The notes beneath the pieces were generated by a model, which did no database searches, was not told the origin of the DNA, and saw only the letters and a program-made list of their open reading frames with translations. Position numbers and translations under genes: made by a program. Below, piece after piece: positions 48,301 to 52,800 of a stretch of 64,000 nucleotides of DNA. Position 1 is the stretch's first letter; each line of letters starts with the position of its first letter. Origin of the DNA: Candidatus Cloacimonadales bacterium. Lineage in GTDB: Bacteria; Cloacimonadota; Cloacimonadia; Cloacimonadales; JAFGVF01. The DNA is taken from positions 2,624,001 through 2,688,000 of the forward strand of contig OY782781.1 in NCBI GenBank assembly GCA_963678315.1, written 5' to 3'.

Positions 48301-48949
48301 CTAAGTTGCCAGAAGTAGCTACATTGTTAGCACCATCAGCAGGAGATGTTAGTTCTGGCATTGCAGGTTCATTAGCCAATTCCCAAACAACTTTTGTGTT
48401 AGGGTAGTAATCAGCACCGGTACCGTTTGTTTCAGGGAATGAGCCATCAGCATACTTGTATGCACCAGCACCTGTTGCAGTTGTTCTATAAAATAAAGGA
48501 TAACCTGATGCATAAGAGCCATCACGATTTTCCCAGATAATTTCAATGTTTGAAGTTCCATCATAAGCAAATGGTGTATCTAAAGTAACACCTTGCCATC
48601 CTGAACCTGTCCATGTTAAATCACCAGTCCAAACTTGACTATAAGAACTTAAATCTGAAACATAATCAGCAGTAACTGTAGTTTCTGTAGTTAATTTCAT
48701 ATATAGAGTTTGACTATTAGTTTCATAACCTGAAGGTGTATTTGAAACATTAAATTGGATTTCAGTAATATCTATTGCAGAAGTAACAGCATCACCAGGT
48801 AAAATGAAATGTGACCAACTATTATCATAATATCCATATAGTGGTAGATAGCTAGTAGGTGATGTTTCCTCACCTATTGTAGCTGAAGCAGCAAACAAAG
48901 CTGATAAAGTAAAAACAAATAGCGTAAGCACTAAAATAACTTTCCTCAT
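24353..48949 (-). CDS. Giant (8198 aa) secreted modular surface protein/adhesin: FN3-like, choice-of-anchor D (ASH-type Ig), cleaved-adhesin-like, LamG, GLUG, PKD, TolB-like propeller, cadherin-like, beta-helix
   Basis: Signal peptide 'MRKVILVLTLFVFTLSALFA'; PKD 'WDFGDG'/'WDFENDG'; LamG 'F.G.LDDIRIYN'; GLUG 'VGGLVG'; 'WSPDYSKIAY'; uninterrupted 24.6-kb ORF with GGAG SD. Confidence 0.9.
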   Translation of the reverse strand: MRKVILVLTLFVFTLSALFAASATIGEETSPTSYLPLYGYYDNSWSHFILPGDAVTSAIDITEIQFNVSNTPSGYETNSQTLYMKLTTETTVTADYVSDLSSYSQVWTGDLTWTGSGWQGVTLDTPFAYDGTSNIEIIWENRDGSYASGYPLFYRTTATGAGAYKYADGSFPETNGTGADYYPNTKVVWELANEPAMPELTSPADGANNVATSGNLEWTIGENTDRINLILADNADFTDATMVEGATSPYAYSGLDLNTTYYWKVVAINTSAALQIENEGTFTTTIFSEDQVVLTGDYLTNTGLPIEPFYGYSLTQSIYLQSELNIVDQTITEITYVFNQNPNSSFTDNVVIYMGHTGSTAFNATSDWFNDGLTEVFNGDMVVSADNPLVTLELDMPFIYNNVDNLVVCIFETTSGYHTSSDEFYAFSIEDNRSLHYHADGTNPYALGFGNFPTGTLKSQLPVTAFTLGEIPTIPEPVINTEALAFDTHVINSQSDSQVVSLTNIGGGLIEVGTVEITGTDATQFSFTDNAVTSIGPGFSYIANVVYEPTTVGSHSATLVINHDQGDAYNIALTGDALDPTIYTLESNYTQGFEVADEFLGWETEVTSTGDAYGVRNEGTSQSGDFSYKAYSHSDSGSLVRLITPTIVPELDPYRIRFWAKGDGYIRLGRLNTSDELTELDSLELTSTFAEYAVNMDPTRSNDKIVFDINFDGTYDNVYLDDILIEEVPEGSQISFVPDSVDCGLYLQNEVVADSVLVTITNTGAAEALITEISVGDDNNFEVLYEETLPYSLEPGSSIIVYPRGLTSYIGDHESTLVIKEQNPGNPFLPIIHTIPITCEVLDDIGDTHNDPFVLTYADSIYAEGTTTIYNSDYDFTTSQDVVYRLTLETDRLMTISLLDSPFDTKMWVFNSLTQIEEATQNEDAWYYNDDETDAGTGGRFVEGPKTRDRGLWSKMNQSLAQAGDYYIVVAGYGTASGDYQVQIDLEDIPAPMQATAPTPEDDAVEQLTTVTLQWTNAEWTTMNDIYFGQAGNMVLVEEDIVATEEYSAMNLFADTEYEWKVVCKNLSGQTPADSVATWSFTTIGVVPDAVQYLSPNSLGTDIARTGSLEWEEAMGASGYNVYLSTDQTFAGLTAVDVTTNSYTYSNLDYGTRYYWKVIPYNILGSATEGVETWQFETLANPFPTADLVFDGDRGTYPALPIDAGYSYYVSQSIYYQSELDIDNHSITDISYLYDNNSAWTDNVVIYMGHTNKETFSDSYDWVITGLTQVYDGQLETTTDVPIVNLVLDTPFIYNNVDNLVVCVFETSSGSHSYSDDFYTYPVEGNRSIYDSDYYDAQDQTWATVPQGSLKAYIPVSGFNFQEVAQEPVFSVSADTLTFANQVMDTASDPQTVTVSNLGHGDLVIASVALTGTNAVEFDLVDGNTYPDTLSTGEILSFTLAFSPETLGDHTATIEITDDQRAVHTVAIVGNSIDTNIYAEGLPYTNSFEENDSFIGWENNIQTTSSYAAITVDTSPTNAHTGSKSIEFYDSSDQDADMMLISPVIVPDFNGNRAKFWMKGDTEGQLIFALYDASMDVLTAIDTIDVPLTYTQFIYEFDTSMTNKRLVFRPIFGGINDFVYLDDIAFEAIPQEPIGQVTETELAFGEVNVGVTSITQSFNFSNVGTGELIVSNVEISGSDAGMFTFDGITLPDTLLANEMVELNVTFSPTSAGDKTATLIITDNTQIGTYTVNLTGNGFVPPTGSICYDPLVLTFPAVDVAGNTGDFGDDYSSNMISPNSNYLNGDDVVYQFTLATDVTLDGTIVTTGSWMGAFILADEPNAATPAAVEIQKTTSSTTLTYTAEALPAGTYFLIISTYPSPQAIDYTINLTATPIISPLPLAAVNPYPANSSQIDSTSVTLTWGNADYTETIDLWFGESGGREMAKLLDNVEAVEEYSISDLNPGSTYNWKVVCRNTTGETADSLATVWSFNVAESPLVAYYPLDGNVNDLSGNNLNGLNNGASACTNRFNQENSAFSFDGTDFISTTLAPIYNQNDSFSVSMWIKCGIESLGLYIAGFEQSNHQEFSYKILNDGKLQVYLRDDNHNDIALESSIIVNDNYWHNIVYLRNADSNMLELYIDGEFDNNIIDETVSTINNLNTRTFAIGANNNSSHGMRSPFVGCIDDIRFYNTVIDEEEMLSLYHENGWEGNLYSPTNLSASVENNQVQLSWSNLSMLTNLQSYKVYRDSIEIASTSDTTYTDLDLNNGDYQYYVTAVYSTGESEASNIVSVTIEEFALAGQGTEESPYQISSLVDLRFLSETPELWNQNYHFIQTADIDATDTQNWNNGAGFSPIGDYLNDNDNRRFTGSYNGQNYIISNLYINRPSTSQIGLFGCTTQANLDNISLINVNILGSNAVGGLLGLNSNSSHVSSSCATGEVIGMGVAVGGLVGSNYSNSTILSSYASVAVSSMDVTVGGLVGFNGYSSSISNSYATGTVSGSEKVGGLVGSNYSSTILNSYATGSVSGSVNIGGLVGRNSSSSISNSFWDTETTGQASSAGGGTGLTTAQMQDINTYLNAGWDFVNESDNGTDDIWVAVNNDYPHLSLEDGYSDYLYAPTNLTATVDNSDVLLSWSNLSIFDEHQSYKVYRDTLEIASTTDTTYTDSALDNGDYQYYVTAVYSTGESEASNSQDVTINMLDADFIASDTLSYINQEITFTNQSNGNITSYLWDFGDGSTSDEENPSHIYTNIGRYTVTLQISNVENEDVVTKTEYINILSQLDYGLIAYYPFNNGDLADISGYNNNGSNYGATPTIDRFGIDNRALEFNGSSSWLKVNNSNSLNINGQNSITINAWVYPTRVSGVYGYQGLVHKWGPSGSSDDQYAFELLATGKFRFHASDGQGSHFDIRSNTIAEVDNWYHVVCIYNAENNYAQLFVNGEFEVEEIWEGLSINNTNRYLEIGRNDGDGNYDDRYFQGKLDDIRIYNRPLSESDVTELYQEGGYEPPITFVADFIVDNETVVYGTELTFTDQSIGNITSWEWDFENDGEIDSTEQNPVWEYSRPGIYSVSLTIKDGTNESNMTKSGYVIVESNIDNPEDAIFLYSKKVNGIYQVFKSDATFANDIQLTYSLDNSYSPCWSPDYSKIAYKSYTTGATNSSLHVCDADGSNDTVIISNINIGLMTWHNDNQRIIYRTGVSSSEDIIKIIDIDGNNNQSFIDHVNDKDLAPNMNRMNSNQLVYIFDYGNWSPSRNIYIRDNINGTDTNIYPSNGKSDYRPLFSPDGTKVLFIETDNSYTGNNDLKYIDLSDNSVHVLHETSGSYKSMFANYLNFQGDVIYHLFDGDNPSVTYLCNAEGNSIELFKEDPTFRIWDVQFPVPLFAPTNVVTSINESNVNLTWTDMAGIANFTEYKIYRDSIEIASTSDTTYTDLDLDNGDYQYYVTAVYSTGESEASNNQDVTINMLEADFIASDTLSYINQEITFTNQSNANITSYLWDFGDGSTSNEENPIHTYSEAGNYSISLTINSIISSDQVIKNDYIQVLDEVLLISEDFENGDLNEQIEIATNGTFNYYPGIKEITNFGSAHAFGFGRSTQGASAFENFGTNMRIVFDSPTHIDHIRYKEMELYGNWGSSGYIKLDGEILPNFYIGNSPSNDHSADTIYRQREVEINEFVTELIIRVRDITTSSEIFIDDLVISTNPNMLNADFIANNTNIYEGTEVLFTNQSNGNITSYLWDFGDGTTSTEENPVHTYQESGLYTVTLTVSNDDVTQVKTKENYITVNYLNYPPVLTIPDTISFDEDTAMALDFNPYMEDNNPDADLELTVTGNDSINITINENNLVTFSAPENWYGSEIVEFYLDDHIDSRELRDVDTQEVLVVVSPVDDEPIVANPITWFGMSSGPFGDSGIINLSNVFSDVDSDIISYEAEFSGYIASTIVSNTISGDVITIETDGSMVGTGIGNVTAYTNTGQSVTDTFTIELIAEPICALLPETIEATVAVGELYYSSVRIANDGTAPLVWNVNPFSSSEWIEVSTMNGLLEAGQFIDLDLTFNAADLSAGDYNGSLRFDHNGTMGSVYDLNVNLTVEGLPEISCNTQNIDFGDVYVATSKILPLTIYNHGENDLVINNITSSSNSFSVNFTTFTIPANQNRIVNVEYVPVVSGVDNSVLSIYSNDFNNNPYSVNLTANSIEPPEMSVEYDDSEIYTLGNNLVNSSITLFNSGTSELNYNLDANESWLSFSPFMGQIDPGDSLHVLITVNGTSLDTGLNQGSFQLSSNDPNNESVTYNINIFKEIYNFTTYDNFGNHGQEESDNDLDVEIGYNSQNAPVDFLIHSNNPNPESATLLIRAYNVQSNNGGNHIVKFNGHEIGRLLGMSDSWSTTIFDIDPEILTSTLVNNVTIIVDNDFVGNNIIVDWGQLSYNDAALNASIRYIEMDKDSYYPGAIVSVTEEIDSNLSNQDIRVETSIFDPNNILVSSASRSLTIYNTQNDAFIETLDIAEQFSPGSYILRTLVFDSNSNLQQTSFERDFLVKDYDSEIAVNVDELDFGMVLSGENKVLTLRISNQGHSDLVIDDITFSNSNFTAMNDVIVIPYNNCYDLEVMFNPTSIDEYSGTMSIQSNSANNSVTIITLSGAGIANVPYIQVSEETLIFEDTYTIVPETKYVTVSNVGPANLTIDNISVSNNVYTLDNNYSGIQIGSNENITIGVEFLPTTNTNYTDNLIITSNADNEPMKVINLIGNGVIAPQVSLNPNSLDIQMNSGQSFNQEITLSNPDDNELLWSIDSNFGNSLRTHGFTRSEADFVTIDNRPAIQLNGGEFALEFWFKVDSHLGQLSNGNIANGGTQYLISKSNTSDIGFFGVYTQGLNKNLNVSLNNGQIRNYNISDNIELDQWYHLAISYSNNQLSAFLDGQKTLEREVTDFNGNQSQWILGKLSASSNYWYRFDGFLDEFRIWSSALDFNLIQNRMNCKLTGLESNLVGYWNFDNNDLDDMTAYQTDGNMHGQVNFEESDINSIPEWLTFSQNYGSCLGGESSNVEVSVDGNGLIGGTYNIDVSVNSNDPDEPIIYLPINIEVTGIPSIEITSQDMIFDNGYVNSVDTCSVLITNNGTDYLDISSISCDQPSIFIPQQSSFYIPANESRRLVVNFLPTEETLYSGTLSLITNAPGQETIGISLEGEGLLAPSILIDSYAINQELASGEVISDNLVISNTQGEDLLFSIDVEEVLSRNMIDGEFENTPTSNKGMVWVDGYLYIVSYSQAKVYKYDIDTETLVSQYPIHTTPFGITYDGSNFWIGSSSGTVYCYDNSFGLLDQFNNPLFNNPAITFNGDNLLIVPSQLVNPQIYYVSISGEIIDSQSTYFNGRMNQIVWVADHQDCELWALDYQDQIIRQFNSSTLDCTGELEYDYFDSASYALAHNGKDLWISDDSSLSSKLYRIDDGIEEFNWISVNPSSGTVSNGSNTNVNLTFNSRNLLAGNYQAKLIIDSNDVNNPREIIPIELSVTGEAEIVVETNIIDFGTIFNGQIDTRTVTIGNNGSSSLIVDNISIDNSDFSVDETSFVVQPHSTCQIQVAFAPLSSQDYDSNLQIYSNDINNPISIIELNAVSIGEPEVSISNSDLSLQLNTNSEGNSTFRINNNGNSNLDFSIYLNETSSNIRDLSGEYSDCIERAPLGFYADLSQNYVSLPIDELVNDYDNSRFIGDYNDSFTGIPNFNSGIYWLNGYLFVVVTNGAEAGTLIKYDVENSSIVQSYPIHTQPYGIAYDGDYFWVGSQSGNVFGYNIESLNSEANLPIGSFTCPFNYSPAITFDGNYFIVTKSFSDDYYTTIYRIDHSGSIIDTYSAAIGDCVSQLVWVEQYSGKELWGIRNTLENSSYTSGNIVQLSLANHSILVIQEKEYYDTSIIYSFTNDGKDFWISDLNGPLVKVDDGIWLSTNVVSASLQAGDFVDVDITMDANNIFGGEYSGTISVLTNDPQNPISLINASMNVTGQAVAQVSDENHNFGEVAVNETVEYQVNVENSGDDQLNIENVFFSGDVDEFTSTTTSLVISSSSSDNIDVSFTPSSNSDFNSIMHIQTNAGNYEVSLTGIGYNPPIISLSEENLTSSLTFGESEIKYLTISNVGDRMLDYNISVNSEIRQSLNTARNNVNTSTWINIDQTEGELASGTSETININISAEQLYAGTYNANIVIDNNSLESTKVIPVQLIVTGSPAISIENRTIEYSPTLIGNSSVETLTISNNGSSVLQISSIMIDNEEFTVYPSSSNIQAGNEKTFSIAFTPTSSGSKEGVLTVNSNDINNRQINVNLEGQAIVAEAEIALSETSLNFGDVNIGDNLIKDFKIYNQGTGILRINGIEIDHPDFVSSTNASPEHTLNIQPGSYANVNVTYQPSIAGEITANIAITSNATNSTSENISLYGQGLNVPIINVNKSYLYWSILDNTLNYDDFVVQNTGNAELSYSFSQATLNIPWLSFNPVTANVSPGESQLITVTIDTRELDYGSLYENIVVNSNDPDNEVVTIHATLNHSNWNFTDSDNAGNGFVANPDNDLNQDISSNDVNAPVEFIIYTNESEVNYAKLRISAYDIDSNEVDYVFLNGNYVGNLIGASNRNTITEFMVDSDIINLGENVSNNIQIELDVNNTSSGTSRINWGQLELNQIPYNAAISNLSLDSSSYYPSETISLSTSLTSRVYNQEVTETIKIMDVEGNVVSQISNLHELSSNSPLVNNYEIPIPETLAIGDYTVLTEIYDFETSIKQDEASVNFSILTDTPSIVIANSLDFFSTYIGYPRSKNIQLTNDGFTPLEITNITVNSDYVSIDSYPELVLNGANESIMLTYNPQEAGILNAVLEIETNDPETPVKEVSLHGISTIAPEIETSSVNISISIPRFETTETSFVVSNTGGSDLIIQSITIDDTSWLSCGNYNSTIQAGDSQTITLDINSFDTNQGIYNNNLVIKTNDPELSNKVISLNMVVLERLVTANFSGSPLTGYTGLEVAFNNLSQTSDGTEIISYEWDFENDGEVDSFEEDVTHVYNQRGTYSIRLKVINENGISHELIRENYVTVDNSIPELVAAMPDIAFNEDTINETLVLNDWFTDEDGDNLAYSFYTNNNLSVSNNNGNLRIVPDEDWFGIADLIIIANDNHQGIAQDTIQVTVNAVSDAPVIFDLPEEITLLQNTTSVIDLSNHVYDPEQGLSLLTITIAGNQHISSQITGLEAELEAPSDWVGRETITISVSDGTGRLLASTELDIQVIDSYNVQFEADLIDILGGQEIQFTDLTVGNHNYWEWDFENDGFIDSYEQHPTYIYNFSGVYSVSLTVKYIDENDVVVDSGFETIDDYISVEGTGIPGAEYAGSWELINSPYNVYGEVSITNNLEIESGVVINFLEDTNFLVSGSLVADGVTFDVYDESREVTKWQGFKFLSSDTQSHLSNCTIKNAEKVFEITNSSPTLEHITIEGSGSLLPAIKLYGNSQAVIDDIDISGYGSAMDIRGDSSDEIPIMTNVRVRHTTNTRPVESFAVKLEKSNINISDLLVEGFDQGIIIKGDVDSAPVLTNVRVRHTTNTRPLDSYAVKILGRSAPHFTGLYVDDYADPIILGTEDDVVPVLTNVRIRHTTNTRELGNTAVKLSPNQKVIVDSLHVENYKYGIFCDNSEGNIKPLQHFKNVVIEKDHNLVFEESAGFKFIGKMDLEVSNLEVVNMNDGINIYSDEEIAPVLTNVRVRHTTNTRQYGSYGVKMIGKIKATIDTLNVKDCEKGIYYENTNSSDVYISYLRKANISLTTGDYPSNFVGIELHGKMKLYIENSDIVDVTNGIEIYSDEEIAPVLTNVRVRHTTNTRENTGTGIYLTEGVNALVRDCTIEGFNTGLMVNSVNTSDIYNNSIIGNYTAFSLSASGCTPSIHNNHIENTSNMNGPCFNTTAISGIDIMNNNILGYNNIVYGEDSVINLSQNIIWNSSLSNNNLSSGTNLSTSFEYNDISMESGIAQGLGNINSDPMFDTSIPDSYMLTVYSPCIDAGNPNNPYDNDDSIADIGMNYYHHLAEYNSDRRFTTVGESIGFTNLSEGHDLQETSVTWDFGDGTISHERNPYHTYNNVGIYTVTLTMETGLITDVLFREGFTVNQSIPLEAPNNMQISFENGNPSISWDPVSEDINGDSVVNPNYLVYCCDDPSGIYEYKANVLTTNWIDSNPLDVDKTRFYFVIAFSSGARESLDEFIRTHRYMTRNGLVVKKKLK
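25538..26552 (-). repeat. Five copies of peptide repeat P-x-[LM]-TNVR[VI]RHTTNTR in the beta-helix region
   Basis: Copies near 25538, 25865, 26192, 26351 and 26507. Confidence 0.9.
38496..42273. repeat. Near-identical FN3/PKD DNA repeats inside giant gene
   Basis: 38496-38724 matches 40782-41010; 38658-38778 matches 42153-42273. Confidence 0.88.
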
Positions 48950-49454
48950 TTTTTCTCCTATGCACTTTAAATTAAATTTTTATTTTTTTTAAGTAAAATC
49001 CTTTTGTGGCCTAGTTCTTACTCAAGAGATGTTGAATATGCTCAACACATTTATTAACTAATTTCAATTTATCCCAACTTCCAAGCCAACTCTTGAAAAC
49101 TAAAAAACAGTATTTTTTTATTTAAAATATTCTAAAAAGAGCTTGTTTATGGGATATTTTCATCATTCCAAAACATATATTTAACCTTTATCAATATTTC
49201 CATATAATCAAATATAAACCACTGATATATATATTATTAAGGCATAATTTGATTAAATAGTCAATAATAAATATTATTTTATCAGCGTGAAATTGTCTAA
49301 TCTCCTGTATTATATCATTTTAATAAACACATTGTTAGATATTTATGTAGTCCTAATGTCTATATATTGTTCTAAACACATATACAATCTCATATAAAAA
49401 AACATATCTTGTGGGTGATAAAATAGGAGCTAAATTTTCTTCCATCTTATTTTT

Positions 49455-49626
49455 AGCAAACATCCGTTCGTCTCTACCAATTCACTTATAACTATGTTCT
49501 AAGTGAAGCCAGCACGGAGGCTGAGCGTTCCCAGTAAATCCTCACTTCTCGCTCCTAACTTCTGCATTAAGGGTCTCCTTGAAAATTTGGCCTTTTTTCA
49601 AGGTGGCAAGTAAGGGTCAACTATGA
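49455..49626. repeat. Second array of REP-like hairpins
   Basis: 49455-49477 (GTAGAGACGAACGG.. minus), 49481-49507, 49508-49534 (CTGGGAACGCTCAGC.. minus), 49572-49607. Confidence 0.55.
49572..49626 (+). repeat. 55-bp direct repeat, copy 2
   Basis: Identical to 6421-6475; offset 43151. Confidence 0.95.
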
Positions 49627-49733
49627 TACAATGTAGCACTAGTTATATTCTACGGAAATTCATCAATCTTGATTAAACTGAAAAAGCTCATTATCTTTTA
49701 CTTGCAAATAGGAATTCATTATTTAAACTACAG

Positions 49734-49760
49734 CAAGCCTAATGCATCATCTAGGTTAAA
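49734..49760 (+). repeat. 27-bp inverted repeat, left copy (partner 62063-62089)
   Basis: caagcctaatgcatcatctaggttaaa vs reverse complement of partner, 26/27 identical. Confidence 0.85.
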
Positions 49761-49819
49761 TTTCTTGACTATCTGTTGTTTGAGTTGATGATTGTATTAA
49801 AAATATCTTGGGGGATAAA

Positions 49820-52800
49820 ATGACAAAGTTTCAGAGAAATTATTTAGCATTGTTACTTGTTATCTTACTTATTCTTATCTCTTGTTCAAAGGCAAGCTAT
49901 AAGGGTGAAGATGAAAGTGGTGAAATTATTAAAGTGAAAACTGGATATGAATATGTACAGGAGCAAAATGAGAATAATGAGATAGATTCTGATAACTCAG
50001 TTTCTTATGATGCTACTGTTGTTCAGACAATTAACAATGACCAAAAAGTTATTTCTACCAGACTAAATAGCTGGAATAATAATCAAGATTATTATGAAAT
50101 TGTATTTTCTGACAAATTAAAAATCGCTTCAGCTTCTCCTGAATTTAAAGAAGCACTCACAATTAAACCAAGTATCAAAGGTAAATTTGTCTATAAAAAT
50201 GACCAAACCATCAGGTTTGAGCCTTCTGAAAACTTTAGTGCTAATACTAATTATAGGGTAACACTAAAACAAAATCTTTTATTCGATGAAGAATTACCTA
50301 AAATTGAACTATCATTTTATAACTCTACCCCATCATTAAATCTAGGAACTGTATCATTAATTCCTACAAATAATAATAAACTCAAAGTAAAGATTAACAT
50401 TGATACATACAATGGAACTTTAAGTGACCAAGAATTTATGCAGGCTGTAAAACTTGAACTTGATAGAACGAAAGTAGATCTAGATAAAATTGAAAGACAA
50501 AAAAACAATAACATTGTAATATATAGTAAAGACCTTTCTGCTACAAGTAATACACGTGTTACAGTAAGTCTCAACAACAAGTATTCTAAGATAAGGAATA
50601 GGTCTTTTACTAATAGAGTTTCTGAGATGCGTAAGCTTAGACTTTATTCCTTACGTACTGAGACATCTACAAGTGGAAAGGTAATAGTCTATGCTGAATT
50701 CTCAAAAGAGTTAAAGAAGAATCAAGTTATGGATGGTTTAGTAAAAGTTTATAAAGATGATAAGCTTATTAACTGCAAAATATCAAAATATAACAGCAAA
50801 TTAAACATCATTGGGAATTTTGAAAGAAACCAAAAATATAAAGTTGTATTCACTACTGGTATCAAAGCTGATGATGGTTCAACACTTCCACAGGAAGAGA
50901 GCAGAGAATTACAGACTTACAATATAGATAGATCAGTTGCTTTCAACGATAAAGGTATCTTTTTATCATCTGATAATGATAATGCAATTAATATCAATGT
51001 AACAAACTATTCCAAGATAAGATATAATCTTTATGAAATTCCACTTCAGAATTTTGCTGAGATGATTCATAACATAGACATCGACAATATGGCTGCTACT
51101 CAAAGCAACAATCGATATGCTTTAAGAAACATAGACTGGTTTGGAGCTCTTATTAAATCAGAAACTATTGAGCTAGATAAACAAGTCGACAAGAAGTTAA
51201 ATTATAAATTAGAGTTAGCTGATAAAATAGAAAAGGACAAAAATAAAGTATTGATTCTAAGTGTAGATGGGATTGCTGACAATAAAGATAATATTATGAC
51301 AAGCAATAACTATTGGTATTATAATGGCTCTTCATCAAAGATGATGATTCTTAGTGATTATAGTGTTTCTGCAAAAACATTTGATAATTCAATAAACATA
51401 AAGGTATCTGATATTTTAACCTTAGATAATATTTCTAATGCCGAAGTTGTTGTTAAGACTAATAACAATATCATCTATGGAAAAGGAAGAACTAACAGTC
51501 AAGGTTTTGTAAAAATCTCAAATAAAGATTTAGATTTAGTAAATAATGGCTTCTTCATTACTGTTTCAAAGAAGGATAAATTTGGATTTCTAGAAAGTTC
51601 AAGTATGTATATTGATGATACAGCTTTTGATATTCAAAGAGATTTTTCAGATAATTCTACTAAGTTCAAAGTTTTTTTAGATAGAGTTAAAATTAGACCT
51701 GGCGAAGATGTAAATATCACTTGCGTTATCAGAGATGAAAACAATGAGCTAGTTAATTCAGATATACCTACAACAATTACGATTTATGACAATCAAGGTA
51801 ATGAATTTTTAAAAGATAAACTAACTAATGGTAAATCAGGTATGTTGTCTTACAGATTTTCAACAGAAGTCACAAGTGAAACAGGAACTTGGGCAGTTGA
51901 AGTATCAAACGGCCCCAAAAAAGAAAGATTGTCTTTTAATATAGAAGAATTTGTTCCTGATAAAATTGATGTTGAGATAAGTACAGATAAAGACTATTAC
52001 ATGGCAGGAGACAGGCAATCGACAGTTACTGTAGACAATAAATATCTTTTTGGTTCTCCATTAGTTGGAAATGATTGTAATATATCTTTTCAAACTAGCA
52101 TAAACAATAGATTTGCTTATAAGAAATTTAGTGATTATGATTTTATAAGTTCTACAAACTTCGATTTTAACTCTACCAGTCCTCAAATTAGAACAATTAA
52201 AACAGATGACCAAGGAATTGTATCAACTACTTTCGATTTAATAAATGCAAGTGAAGTCTCTAGTCCTTACTTTATAACAGTTGAAGCTAAAACATCTGAT
52301 GATGGAGGAAGAGTAGTTTCAAGAAAAAAAACAAGACAAGTTTTCCCAAATGAGTATTTTATTGGCTTATATAAAGACCAATACTTGAAAAAGAAAGATG
52401 GTAAATTTAAAGTCCCTTTAGTTGTTCTAGATTATAATGAAAAGAAGGTAAGCAAGGCTTTAGAGCTTGAATATAGAGTCTATGCAAAAGAAAGAAACTG
52501 GTGGTTATCTTCTTGGGAAGCAGATCAAATTGGTTTCAAAAGTTCTGAATCAACTAAAAAGATTGCTGAAGGTGTTTTAACTAATTCTAAAAACAATGTA
52601 ATAGAATTCGAGTTGATAGATGAGAACCTTAGCGAATTCCTAGTAGAAGTTAATATAAAAGGTGATACAAGCTCTGTTATGTCTAAGAAGTACTATGATT
52701 GGTACTGGAATGACAACAATGATATTACGGAAGATACTTCTTTAGAGATAAAAACAGATAAGCCTAAATATGAAGTTGGTCAAGAAGTTAAGATTTCCAT

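Noticed and set aside
49481..49570. Integron attC sites (TAAC cores)
   Set aside because: No properly spaced GTTRRRY partner, no cassette array, no integron integrase
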